DNA of 64,000 nt from Saprospirales bacterium (GCA_016711605.1 JADJSS010000044.1:158884-222883), one strand, 5' to 3'. Counted from the first letter of the stretch, positions 40,566-49,771 are shown. Translations and numbers: made by a program. The notes: a model not told the origin generated them from the sequence alone.

Positions 40566-41132
40566 TTATTTATCACCTGCTTTAATTGCAGTTTCTGGAA
40601 TTGTTTGGACTGCATATTCTATAATGGTTAACTTATGACCACCAGTTACATTTACTTTCATCCAACCGTAATGGAAATCACCACCAATATCTACTCTAAA
40701 GCCAATCAATTTATCGCCTTGTTCGTTGATTCCAACAGGATAGCCACTAACACCATCTATATTTAAATAGAAAGTAACTATGGAATTCCATGTTCCAGAT
40801 GCTGAATTTATTGATGCATTTTCAGCAAATATTTTAATTTTATTGCTTACAGGCGATTGTGCTTCTGTTATAAATTCATAATATGGAAACCCATTAATGC
40901 CTACATCTGAATTATCTTTATCTAAACTTGGTAAGGTGCTGAATATATTAAAATCATCGGTGCCGTCATCATCTAAATCAATGATTTTATTATTAGAATT
41001 TCCACTGCTGTCGATAGTTATATTTACGATTCTATCATCGATATTTGGATCGTTGGATTCTGTAGTTTCTTTTTTACATGCAAATGCGCTGATAATTATT
41101 ACGCAAATTGCAATTGATTTAATTGTTTTCAT
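40566..41132 (-). CDS. Lipoprotein, paralogue of 39981..40544
   Basis: The real start is probably 'MKTIKSIAICVIIISAFAC' at 41132; the track ORF extends to 41324. The C-terminus reads 'DFHYGWMKVNVTGGHKLTIIEYAVQTIPETAIKAGDK'. Confidence 0.55.
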   Translation of the reverse strand: MKTIKSIAICVIIISAFACKKETTESNDPNIDDRIVNITIDSSGNSNNKIIDLDDDGTDDFNIFSTLPSLDKDNSDVGINGFPYYEFITEAQSPVSNKIKIFAENASINSASGTWNSIVTFYLNIDGVSGYPVGINEQGDKLIGFRVDIGGDFHYGWMKVNVTGGHKLTIIEYAVQTIPETAIKAGDK

Positions 41133-41157
41133 AATTTTATTTTTGTTAGTTAAAAAT

Positions 41158-41662
41158 TTATCTAAAAGGTGAAAAAGACTCTTCGGTTTTTGGTAATGGT
41201 AATGACTGAGCAATAAATAAAACGAACGGAAATTTATCTGCATGATAGGTGGCTCTTGCTTCACCGCTGGTGAATTTAAACTCAACAGATAAATAGGTAT
41301 CATCTGGTGCATTTGGATGCGCATGATGCATAATACTTTTTAGATTTTCCCAAACAAATTTTTTATTATTCTTTAAAGTTAAACCATCTTTATCTATTAA
41401 AGTTATGAGATTATTTTTTGAATTTTCTATTATAAAATAAATTAAAAACAACATTGCAGATAAAACAGCACCAAGCAATACATAATATTTTCCATTTTCT
41501 TCAGCTTTAAATCCAGCGAAAACAATACTAATTCCAAGCGTCAAAAAGAAGAACAACAAAAACAAACCAGCAATCTTTTTGTGCCATAGTTAATGTATGA
41601 TTGTAATGCAAAATAACTGGTTGCAATATAATTTGTTGTGCTTTTTGTTTGGTGCTGTTCAT
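41158..41662 (-). pseudogene. Two-TM membrane protein with a PH-like C-terminal domain; one frame break near the 5' end
   Basis: The ATG at 41662 ('MNSTKQKAQQIILQPV...') runs into ORF 41158..41565 after a 1-nt change in an A-run around 41570-41585. Confidence 0.4.
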
Positions 41663-41669
41663 GTTTGAA

Positions 41670-42292
41670 CTATTTTAATTTCACCGTAAGTGTATTGTAA
41701 TTTCTGAAAAGCTCATTTAAAGTTGGTTCATTTTCTGGTAAAGCCATAGTAAGTGGTGTGTTGAATGGATTCTTTAATCCACAACCTTTACAGTTATCAG
41801 GTATTGGATTACACGAACCACAACAAACTATTTTATTATCTTGACCTATACTGCAACAAACACCTGTTTGACCACATTCATTCCAACCATTGTCATTCTT
41901 TTTAAAAGCTACGTTAGTTAAATTAACATCAAAAATTGACTATTTCCGCCATTCATTTTTTTAGAAGCATTTAACGATATGGTATCCACTGCTGCAATTA
42001 TTTTGGTTATTTGCATCACTTTTGCCGACTCATTGACAGCATAATCTAAACGATAAAGTTTTGTAATAACGCTTTCATTTGGTCCATCTGAAAATGTTAA
42101 GCCATATTGAACACTATCAATAAATCCAGCTAATAAAGCATTGTTATTTACAGTAAATGGTAATGTAATTCCATTTGGATCTTTTATTGAAAGTTCATAG
42201 TATTTGGTTTCAGCATCATTACTTGTTTTGTTTTTACAAGAAGTTATTAAGGTGAATGCCAAAATAAGTGTTAGAATTGTTTGTGTTTTCAT
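41670..42292 (-). pseudogene. Lipoprotein with a cysteine-rich C-terminal module; one frame break
   Basis: ORF 41918..42292 has lipobox 'LITSC'. One extra base in the A5 run at 41931-41935 continues it as '..NSQFFDVNLTNVAFKKNDNGWNECGQTGVCCSIGQDNKIVCCGSCNPIPDNCKGCGLKNPF...TVKLK', with the stop at 41670. Confidence 0.5.
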
Positions 42293-42313
42293 AGTGTTGT
42301 TTTAGTTGGATAT

Positions 42314-43330
42314 TTATTGTTTTACTACATAAATTGAATTTGCAAGAGATTCTAATGATGATGAATCGTTAAGTGTTAACGATTGTGCATTTAGCCAATA
42401 TCTTGCTTTTTTCTTGCCAGTTGCTATTTTTTCGTAACCTGCAATATAAACATCTGAACTATTTACGGCTATGCCATCTGCGGATGATTCTGTTAGAAAC
42501 GGACTTGATAAATTAATTAAAGAATCATTTATCAAACAAACTGCTTTATTTTGACTTACACCTGAAATATAACGAGTATTGTTATCTACAACAATATCTT
42601 TCATAGTTGCATTAATAAAATAGGTTTGCGCTGTACCATTTATACGACATACTGTTGTGTTGTTGAATGTTCCCACCGTATAAATATCAGTTCCAATAAC
42701 TTTTATTCCATTTAATACACTTGTACTATTTCCAATTCTTGTTTGAACAATGTTATTTTTCCAATTTTTTTCAAATACATTCAATGCTGTATCTGCTTGT
42801 TTTTCGTAGCCAACTACATACACATTTCCATTGCTGATATCCATGTCATTTGGAAATGCTTTATTTTCTAAAGATGTGATATTTGTACCTGTGCCATTTT
42901 GCCAAATCTTCATCACTTCCTGACCACCATAATACTCTGTGCCTGCAACATATACAATATTATTTACGACAATTATTTTTTGAGCAAAGCCACTTTTTAT
43001 CACAGCGGGATTTTGCAATGGCAGCAAATTCAGTATGCCATTTTTCCAGTAGACAGGTGCACTCGTTCTTCCATAAGAAATATATCCTGAAACATAAACA
43101 TCATTACCTGAAACATAAATATCTGTTGCAGCAGAATTTCTACTATTATTTTGGAGCATTACAAGTTGATTGTTTTTCCAATATACCGCTTGTATGTAAA
43201 TTGCAGAATCTGGATCATAAGTCAAGTAACCAGAAATATATACATCTGCAGGTACTTGAGCTGGTTCTGTTTTTTTGCAAGAAAAAATTGTTGCAACAAC
43301 AACTAAAAAAAAGATCTGTACTTTTTTCAT
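42314..43330 (-). CDS. Lipoprotein with about 7 'VYVxGY...YWKNG' propeller-like repeats
   Basis: 338 aa with lipobox 'ATIFSC'. It shows repeated 'DVY(I/V)SGY', 'VYWKNG' and 'IWQNG'. Confidence 0.55.
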   Translation of the reverse strand: MKKVQIFFLVVVATIFSCKKTEPAQVPADVYISGYLTYDPDSAIYIQAVYWKNNQLVMLQNNSRNSAATDIYVSGNDVYVSGYISYGRTSAPVYWKNGILNLLPLQNPAVIKSGFAQKIIVVNNIVYVAGTEYYGGQEVMKIWQNGTGTNITSLENKAFPNDMDISNGNVYVVGYEKQADTALNVFEKNWKNNIVQTRIGNSTSVLNGIKVIGTDIYTVGTFNNTTVCRINGTAQTYFINATMKDIVVDNNTRYISGVSQNKAVCLINDSLINLSSPFLTESSADGIAVNSSDVYIAGYEKIATGKKKARYWLNAQSLTLNDSSSLESLANSIYVVKQ

Positions 43331-43349
43331 AAAATTTATTTTTTTTAAA

Positions 43350-44374
43350 TTATTCTACGACAAAAATCCCATTTGCTCTTGCTCGGTGTTCATAAATAAG
43401 ATCCGTAGTAAGATTGTATAATTTACCATTTTTCCAATAGCTAGCTAACGATGGTTGATCTACATCCCATTCATTTCCTGCAATATATACATCACTACCA
43501 AGTAAAAACATATCATTTGTTTTCATTTGTACATTTGTTGGATTTTCTAACGGATATTCTACACCGTTTTTCCAATAAACTATAATATCATCACCGCTTG
43601 CATTACTTCGACCACCACAAGCATACATATCATTACCAACAAATGAAATTTTATTAGCATAAGATTCATCATTAATTATTGAATTTGATGTATTATTAAG
43701 CCAATAAGTAGCTTTATTTATACCTGTTCCAATCTGTAAATAACCAACAGTAAAAACAGAATCGCCTTTAACAAAAATATCTTCTGCACTTGCATAATCA
43801 GTTGATACACTCGTGACAAATGCCATATCATTTTTCCAGTACATGGCAACTTTATGTCCATTGGCTGCATATTTATAACCACTAACATAAACATCATTAT
43901 TTTTTACAAAAATAGAAGTTGCAGTTGCACTGAAAGTACCATCTGTAAGATTATTAATTACACCATTTTCCAATAAACTGCCTTTGAATTAACACCTTCT
44001 GATGTACTTCCTGATATATATACATTATTGTTTACTACTGTAATTTTATCTGCATATGCTCTAAAAGTGCCATCGGTTAAATATGTTGCAACACCATTTT
44101 TCCAGTATTTAACAATAAGCTTAGTACTTTCATAAGAAACTCCTAATACATACACATCATTACCAACCACGAAAATAGATATTGCTAATTCATCATGAGT
44201 ACCATCTGATAATGTTACAGCGATACCATTTTTCCAGTATTTTGCTACGGCATGTCCATTGTCATTGTATTGATAACCTGCAATGTAAACATCAGGTGTT
44301 TTTGCATTTTCTTTTTTGCAAGAAATAAATGCTATAAATGCAATCAATAAAATAAAAAGAGATTTCGTTTTCAT
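43350..44374 (-). pseudogene. Paralogous 'YWKNG' repeat lipoprotein; one frame break
   Basis: ORFs 43958..44374 and 43350..43973 join as '..KAVYWKNGVINNLTDGT..' with one extra base in the T4 run at 43966-43969. Lipobox is 'AFISC'. Confidence 0.55.
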
Positions 44375-44375
44375 A

Positions 44376-45262
44376 CTAATTGATTTTATAATTTAAACTA
44401 CACGATTTTATATTGCCACTAGCGGTATTGTAGTTATAAACCTGATTTGTTTTTAGTTTTTTGGTTTCAAAATTTAATTGTCCGATGAAGTCGTGAAAAA
44501 TCAAATCGATATCTTGCATTAATAATTCAACTCTGTCATTTTCTGAAATAGTAAACGTTATATTTTTAGAATTTGGACCCACTGCAAACATGTAAGTATC
44601 GTTTACATTTTTTTTCAAACAGAAATATTTCCAACCAAAACATTCACGCCAACATCAGGTGCATCTGTTCGAAAGAAAGCAATGTCCCAAACATTTCCTT
44701 TTGCATTCTTTTCTGTTGATTCAATATAATCGATGTTTAAGGTAAACGTGTTTGTTTTGGGTTTTGAAAATTCTATATTTTCTTTAATTAATTTTTGTTC
44801 ATGCTTGTTGCCAGTTCCATCGGTTCCTGATAATAATGTTTTAATCGAAATAGTATGATTTCCTGGAGATAATTTGAGTGCTGCATACGGAATAAAAAGT
44901 GATTTCTTTTTATCAAATTTAGATGCTTGCATTTCATTTGAAAGAAAATCAAATCCAAATGTTGCTTCGCCATTTGCGTTTGCAGTGGATTGATAACCTA
45001 AAGCTGGCTCAACTGCTTTGTTGTTTTCATACAAAATTGCACTGATAGAAAAAGATGCTTTTGATAAAATAGTATCGTTATGGTTTTCTTCTTCTAACGG
45101 CAAAAAATTATAACGATAGGTAATATTAATTCCTTTTACACCATCAGATGTGTAATCTGTTTCTACATTAACAACTGTGCTAATTATTTTAAAATTACTA
45201 TTTGCGAAAGTGGTGAAATTTAAACCAAGCGATATAAATAATATTGATAGTATTTTTTTCAT
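44376..45262 (-). pseudogene. Exported protein: N-terminal beta-sandwich-like domain plus a tentative C2-like C-terminal domain; a frame break at an 8-nt homopolymer
   Basis: ORFs 44615..45262 and 44376..44618 meet at the T8 run 44618-44625. The joined sequence reads '..APDVGVNVLVGNISV.KKNVNDTYMFAVGPNSKNITFTISENDRVELLMQDIDLIFHDFIGQLNF', which is reminiscent of a C2 domain. Confidence 0.45.
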
Positions 45263-45318
45263 TTTTTCATTTTTAAGTACAACAACTAAACTACTACATT
45301 AATTTCATTTAACAACAA

Positions 45319-45353
45319 TCATTGAGTATTCAGCAGTTTTATTGAGTATTTGG
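45319..45353 (-). promoter_or_regulatory. Direct-repeat element upstream of 44376..45262; candidate LytTR binding site
   Basis: The minus strand reads CCAAATACTCAATAAAACTGCTGAATACTCAATGA, about 56 nt before the ATG at 45262. A 'TAGTTTAG' (near the Bacteroidota -7 TAnnTTTG) lies between them. Confidence 0.55.
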
Positions 45354-45366
45354 AAAGTTATAAGTT

Positions 45367-46500
45367 TTAGAAAACAAAAACAGCGCTGAAGTAATTCCTG
45401 TTATTGGTTGTTCCACTACCTAATTTCCCAAATTCATTATTACCAGTTGTCCATACTGTATCACTTGCGCTTTTCAATATGGAATAATTATAATTAGTTG
45501 AGATATCGGAAATATTATTTTTAATAGGTTTAAAGGTAAATACATTTGCATTATTGCTATCGCCTAACTGACCTTCCGTATTTTTGCCTGTACCATATAA
45601 AACATTAGAAAAATCAAGATAAAATGAAGTGCTTTGTTTGGTGCTGATAAATCGAACATTATTTGCCATTTTAGTAAATGTTCTTAACTCGCCATTGTTT
45701 CCATTTCCAATTTGTCCATTTAAGTTACTACCAGCAACCCATAAACTATGATCACCTCTAATAATCATGCTGTGTGCATTTCCTGCCGAAACTGCAATAA
45801 CACTATCCAAGATGGTAACAAATGATTTTGAACCACTTCTTAAACCATTACCAAATTGACCAAATCCGTTATAACCAGACGCATATAAAAAACCAGATCT
45901 ATCGATAATTAAAGTATGTAAAATACCAGCAGAAACTGCTTTTATATTTTCTGCAACTTTTAAAAATTGATACGTTTGTAACGTATTGCCAGTGCCTAAT
46001 TGTCCATTGTCATTAAATCCGGTTGCCCAAAGTGAGAAATCTGATTTTATAATAAACGAAAAATCGTTGCTGCAACTAATACTGATTACACTGTCTGCTG
46101 CTTTTGTAAACGTATTAATGTTTGAATGAATAGAATCGCCAAGTCCTAACTCACCATTTAAGTTATTGCCACTTACCCAAAGCGTTTTATCTTTCTTAAT
46201 TATAAACGTATGACCATATCCACCTGATACTTGAATGACATCATCTGCCACTTTAATAAATGTTAGACTACCGATATACGTACTGTTTCCGAATTGTCCG
46301 TCATTGTTTGATCCGGAAACCCAAAGTGTATTATCATCTTTTAAAATGTAACTGGTTGCAAATCCAGCTTCAACATTATTATTTGTAAATGTTTCGTTTA
46401 TTGATGGTATGTCTTTTTTACAACTAAATATTGTGCAAATAAAAATTATAACTAAAATTTGACTTACTATTTTCATGTGTATGATTTTATTGAGTGACAA
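45367..46500 (-). CDS. RCC1-repeat (seven-bladed propeller) lipoprotein
   Basis: 377 aa with lipobox 'CTIFSC'. Seven repeats: 'GSNNDGQFGN', 'GNNLNGELGLGD', 'GFNDNGQLGTGN', 'GYNGFGQFGNG', 'GSNLNGQIGNGN', 'GKNTEGQLGDSN' and 'GNNEFGKLGSGT'. An alternative start lies at 46476. Confidence 0.8.
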   Translation of the reverse strand: MSLNKIIHMKIVSQILVIIFICTIFSCKKDIPSINETFTNNNVEAGFATSYILKDDNTLWVSGSNNDGQFGNSTYIGSLTFIKVADDVIQVSGGYGHTFIIKKDKTLWVSGNNLNGELGLGDSIHSNINTFTKAADSVISISCSNDFSFIIKSDFSLWATGFNDNGQLGTGNTLQTYQFLKVAENIKAVSAGILHTLIIDRSGFLYASGYNGFGQFGNGLRSGSKSFVTILDSVIAVSAGNAHSMIIRGDHSLWVAGSNLNGQIGNGNNGELRTFTKMANNVRFISTKQSTSFYLDFSNVLYGTGKNTEGQLGDSNNANVFTFKPIKNNISDISTNYNYSILKSASDTVWTTGNNEFGKLGSGTTNNRNYFSAVFVF

Positions 46501-46551
46501 TATTGATTTTAATAACTACTAACTTAACAAAACAATTCAAAAAAAGCCGAA

Positions 46552-46586
46552 CCATTGAGTATTCAGCAGTTTTATTGAGTATTTGG
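46552..46586 (-). promoter_or_regulatory. Direct-repeat element upstream of the RCC1 gene; candidate LytTR binding site
   Basis: The minus strand reads CCAAATACTCAATAAAACTGCTGAATACTCAATGG, 50-75 nt before the RCC1 start. Confidence 0.55.
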
Positions 46587-46590
46587 TAAT

Positions 46591-47040
46591 TTATTTTATG
46601 TTTATAGTCTTTTTATACGTGTTCATCTTTACACAATCAAAGCTGAGTTTGTTTGCATATTTGCCATATACTTTTGTGTTTATCACAATTTTGTGTTCGC
46701 CATTTTCTAAATCAATGTCTTTGTATTTTATAAAATAGGAAATAGTTTTTGCTGGTTTTTCATACAAAGAATATGGATCTAAAGTTTCGGACTTAGTAAC
46801 TAATTTTTCATTAGTATTTAATAAATTGCTAAAGAAGCCACTTTTACCATTATTTAATTCTATAGATGTAGTTACATAAATGTTTATGGAATCAATATTT
46901 TTTGGCTTTTTTAGGTTTGAATAATCTAAATTATATTCCAAATAAATTCCAGATTTACCTTTAATTACAGTATCTAAAGCTATTTTAAAAGTTTGTTTAG
47001 AATTGCAATTCGGCTCTGTAGAAAACGAAACTGAAAACAT
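46591..47040 (-). CDS. Exported protein related to the N-terminal domain of 44376..45262
   Basis: 149 aa. 'FKIALDTVIKGKSGIYLEYNLDY...ENGEHKIVINTKVYGK' parallels 'FKIISTVVNV...SPGNHTISIKTLLSG'. The in-frame upstream stretch 'KKSILLICLAFFMFSVSFS' suggests the true start is near 47076, which would need a 1-nt change. Confidence 0.45.
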   Translation of the reverse strand: MFSVSFSTEPNCNSKQTFKIALDTVIKGKSGIYLEYNLDYSNLKKPKNIDSINIYVTTSIELNNGKSGFFSNLLNTNEKLVTKSETLDPYSLYEKPAKTISYFIKYKDIDLENGEHKIVINTKVYGKYANKLSFDCVKMNTYKKTINIK

Positions 47041-47215
47041 AAAGAATGCTAAGCAAATTAATAAGATTGATTTCTTAGCATAGCTGTAGTTTTTAAATAG
47101 TGGTGTTGGTGAATTTCGATTTCATGTTGTTTTGTTTTATGGTTATTAGTTATTTTATCGCTGCTGTTTTATGTATAACTTTTAAAACGAAAAAATAATT
47201 CCAAAGTATTATCAG

Positions 47216-47250
47216 CAATTGAGTATTCAGCAGTTTTATTGAGTATTTGG
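47216..47250 (-). promoter_or_regulatory. Direct-repeat element upstream of 46591..47040; candidate LytTR binding site
   Basis: The minus strand reads CCAAATACTCAATAAAACTGCTGAATACTCAATTG. This is the first copy in the direction of transcription. Confidence 0.55.
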
Positions 47251-47343
47251 TAGCTGTGAATTAAAAAAGAAGCAAACTTTAATTTCTAAACCAGAAGTAT
47301 AGTAAAATAATCTATATAGTATGTTTAAAACTATTTAAGTACA

Positions 47344-48384
47344 TTAATTTTTATTGTTCAATTTTACTAATTCTTCTTCCACATTTTTTAATCGTAGTTG
47401 AAGTTGTTGCAATTCAGAATTTTCAAAAGATTTTACGAATTTCCAATTAATATCCATTTTATCTAATGCATTTGCTTCTATTAATAATTTTGGATGGATT
47501 TTGTGGAATCATTTAGTAATACAATTTCTAATTTTTCTTTGTTTTCAATTATCGATGCACGGTGTTCAACAATTATTAAATCAGGATATTTACTTTTTAT
47601 TTTCTCAATATATTTTTGTGCATGGTCGTTCAAGGTTTGTTGTTTCCACTTATCGTAGGCAATCCAGATACTTGGTAACATCAAAATTATACTTAACATA
47701 CTGATTAACCATGTAGACGATGTTTTTGTATTTCATTATCATTATTTTGAATGATTTTTGGAAGTTGCATCCAACGTATTAACAATTGTGAACCTACGCC
47801 AATAAAAAAAGAATTAATGATATAAAAATAGAGTCCACCTAAAAACATTTGCCAATTTAAATTGGCTAAGCCATAACCAGCAGAACACAATGGTGGCATA
47901 CATGAAGTTGCGACTGCCACACCAGCTATAACTTTTGTTCCATCTTTTTTAATGATACCTAGAAATCCTGCAAGTCCACCAAAAAATGCTAACATGACAT
48001 CAAAAATAGTTGGATGTGTGTAATCATTTAGGATATTGGTTGAATTATGAAATGGTGATATTAAAAAGAATATGGTGGAAGAACATAAGCTAATCAACAA
48101 AGCAAATACATAATTTCTAAATGACTGATAAATACTAATTTTATCACTGATACTCAAACCAAATGCAATTCCAACAACCGGTCCCATTAAAGGTGAAATC
48201 AACATAGAGCCAATAATAGCAGTAATATTATTATTAGTTAATCCAATACACGCCATAATCATTGCAAAAACAAAAGCCACATATTGTGACCTGTAAATTG
48301 AATACCGTCCTTAATTTCATTAAGTGTAACGTCGATGTTTTCTTCTAAGGGTAAACCAAATGATTCTTTAATTTTTCGGAGCAT
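47344..48384 (-). pseudogene. DUF389-family membrane protein with several frame breaks
   Basis: 'MLRKIKESFGLPLEENIDVTLNEIKDG' starts at 48384. ORF 47705..48280 has 'IGSMLISPLMGPVVGIAFG'. ORF 47481..47699 and a further frame then end in 'EEELVKLNNKN', with the stop at 47344. Confidence 0.55.
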
Positions 48385-48468
48385 TCTCTACTTTTGTGAT
48401 GTAAATATATGCATTAAAAGAATCAATAAAAATTTGAATTTTAATTTAGATTCAGAATTTTGTTGGAG

Positions 48469-49723
48469 TTATATCAAGAAATTAAACAACATTGGATTGT
48501 CGTTGAGTTGCACAAAATCAACTTTGTATTTTTCATACGATTAATGAGCGGCTCGTAATCTTCCTTATTTTTTAATTCAATACCAACTAAAGCTGGTCCG
48601 CTTTCTTTGCTGTTTTTCTTGGTGTATTCAAACAAGGTAATATCTTCGTTTGGTGATAATACTTTAGATACAAACTGCTTCAACGCACCGGCACGTTGCG
48701 GAAATTTGATAATAAAGAAATGTTTCAAGCCTTCAAAAATCAATGAACGCTCTTTAATATCTGGCATGCGTTCTATATCGTTGTTGCCACCACTGATAAC
48801 ACAAACAACTATTTTACCTTTTATTTTTTCTTTGTAATAATCCAATGCAGCAACAGATAGAGCACCTGCTGGTTCCAGTACAATTGCATCAGAATTATAC
48901 AATTGCATAATTTTTGTACAAATTCTTCCTTCAGGAATCAAAACCACATCTTCTAAATAATTTTTACAAATCTGAAATGGAATTTGTCCAACTTGTTTTA
49001 CAGCAGCACCGTCAACAAAATTGTCGATTTTATCTAATGTAATAATTTTATTTTTTTCGATAGAAACTTTCATGGCTGGCGCACCCTAATGGTTCTACAC
49101 CAACAATTTTTGTATTTGGTGAAAACTCTTTAAAATAGGTAATTAAACCTGCACTCAATCCACCACCACCGATAGGCACAAACAAATAATCAATTTTCTT
49201 TTTACCAATTTGTTCTAAAATTTCAATACCAACCGTACCTTGTCCTTCTACAATTAATTTATGATCAAAAGGTGGTACAAATATTTTATTGTGGTGATGT
49301 ACATATTTCAACGCGGCACTTTTAGCGTCGTCATAGGTATCGCCAGACAATACAATTTCAATATAATTTTTACCAACTCTTCTTACTGCTTCTACTTTCT
49401 GTTTTGGTGTTGGAGTTGGCATAAACACGATGCCTTTTATTTTTAATAAATTACAAGAATAAGCAAAACCTTGTGCGTGGTTGCCTGCAGAAGAACAAAC
49501 AACACCTTGCTTTTTTTCTGCAGCAGAAAGCTGAGAAATGAAATTATATGCGCCACGAATTTTGTAAGAACGAACTGCCTGCAAATCTTCTCTTTTAAGA
49601 AATACTTTTGCACCTGTTTCGTCAGAAAGAATTTGATTTAATTTTAAAGGTGTTACTTCACTGATACCTTCTAGATTTTTTGGCTTGGATAATTCCTTTT
49701 ACGGATGGCTGTGTGGTTGACAT
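48469..49723 (-). pseudogene. ilvA: Threonine ammonia-lyase (threonine dehydratase) with three frame breaks
   Basis: ORFs 49048..49584 ('SYKIRGAYN' PLP-lysine motif, 'PIGGGGLSAG') and 48474..49073, plus an N-terminal piece from the ATG at 49723. Breaks lie at the T6 run 49676-49681, the C3 run 49084-49086 and the T5 run 48529-48533. The corrected C-terminus reads '..VQLNDNPMLFNFLI'. Confidence 0.8.
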
Positions 49724-49734
49724 ACTACGAAAAT

Positions 49735-49771
49735 AGTAATTAGTCGTGAGTCGTGAGTCGATAGTCGTGAG
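49735..49771 (-). repeat. Degenerate period-7 tandem repeat in the ilvA leader
   Basis: Plus strand reads AGTAATT AGTCGTG AGTCGTG AGTCGAT AGTCGTG AG, followed by T8 (49772-49779). It lies 12-50 nt upstream of the ilvA ATG. Confidence 0.7.
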
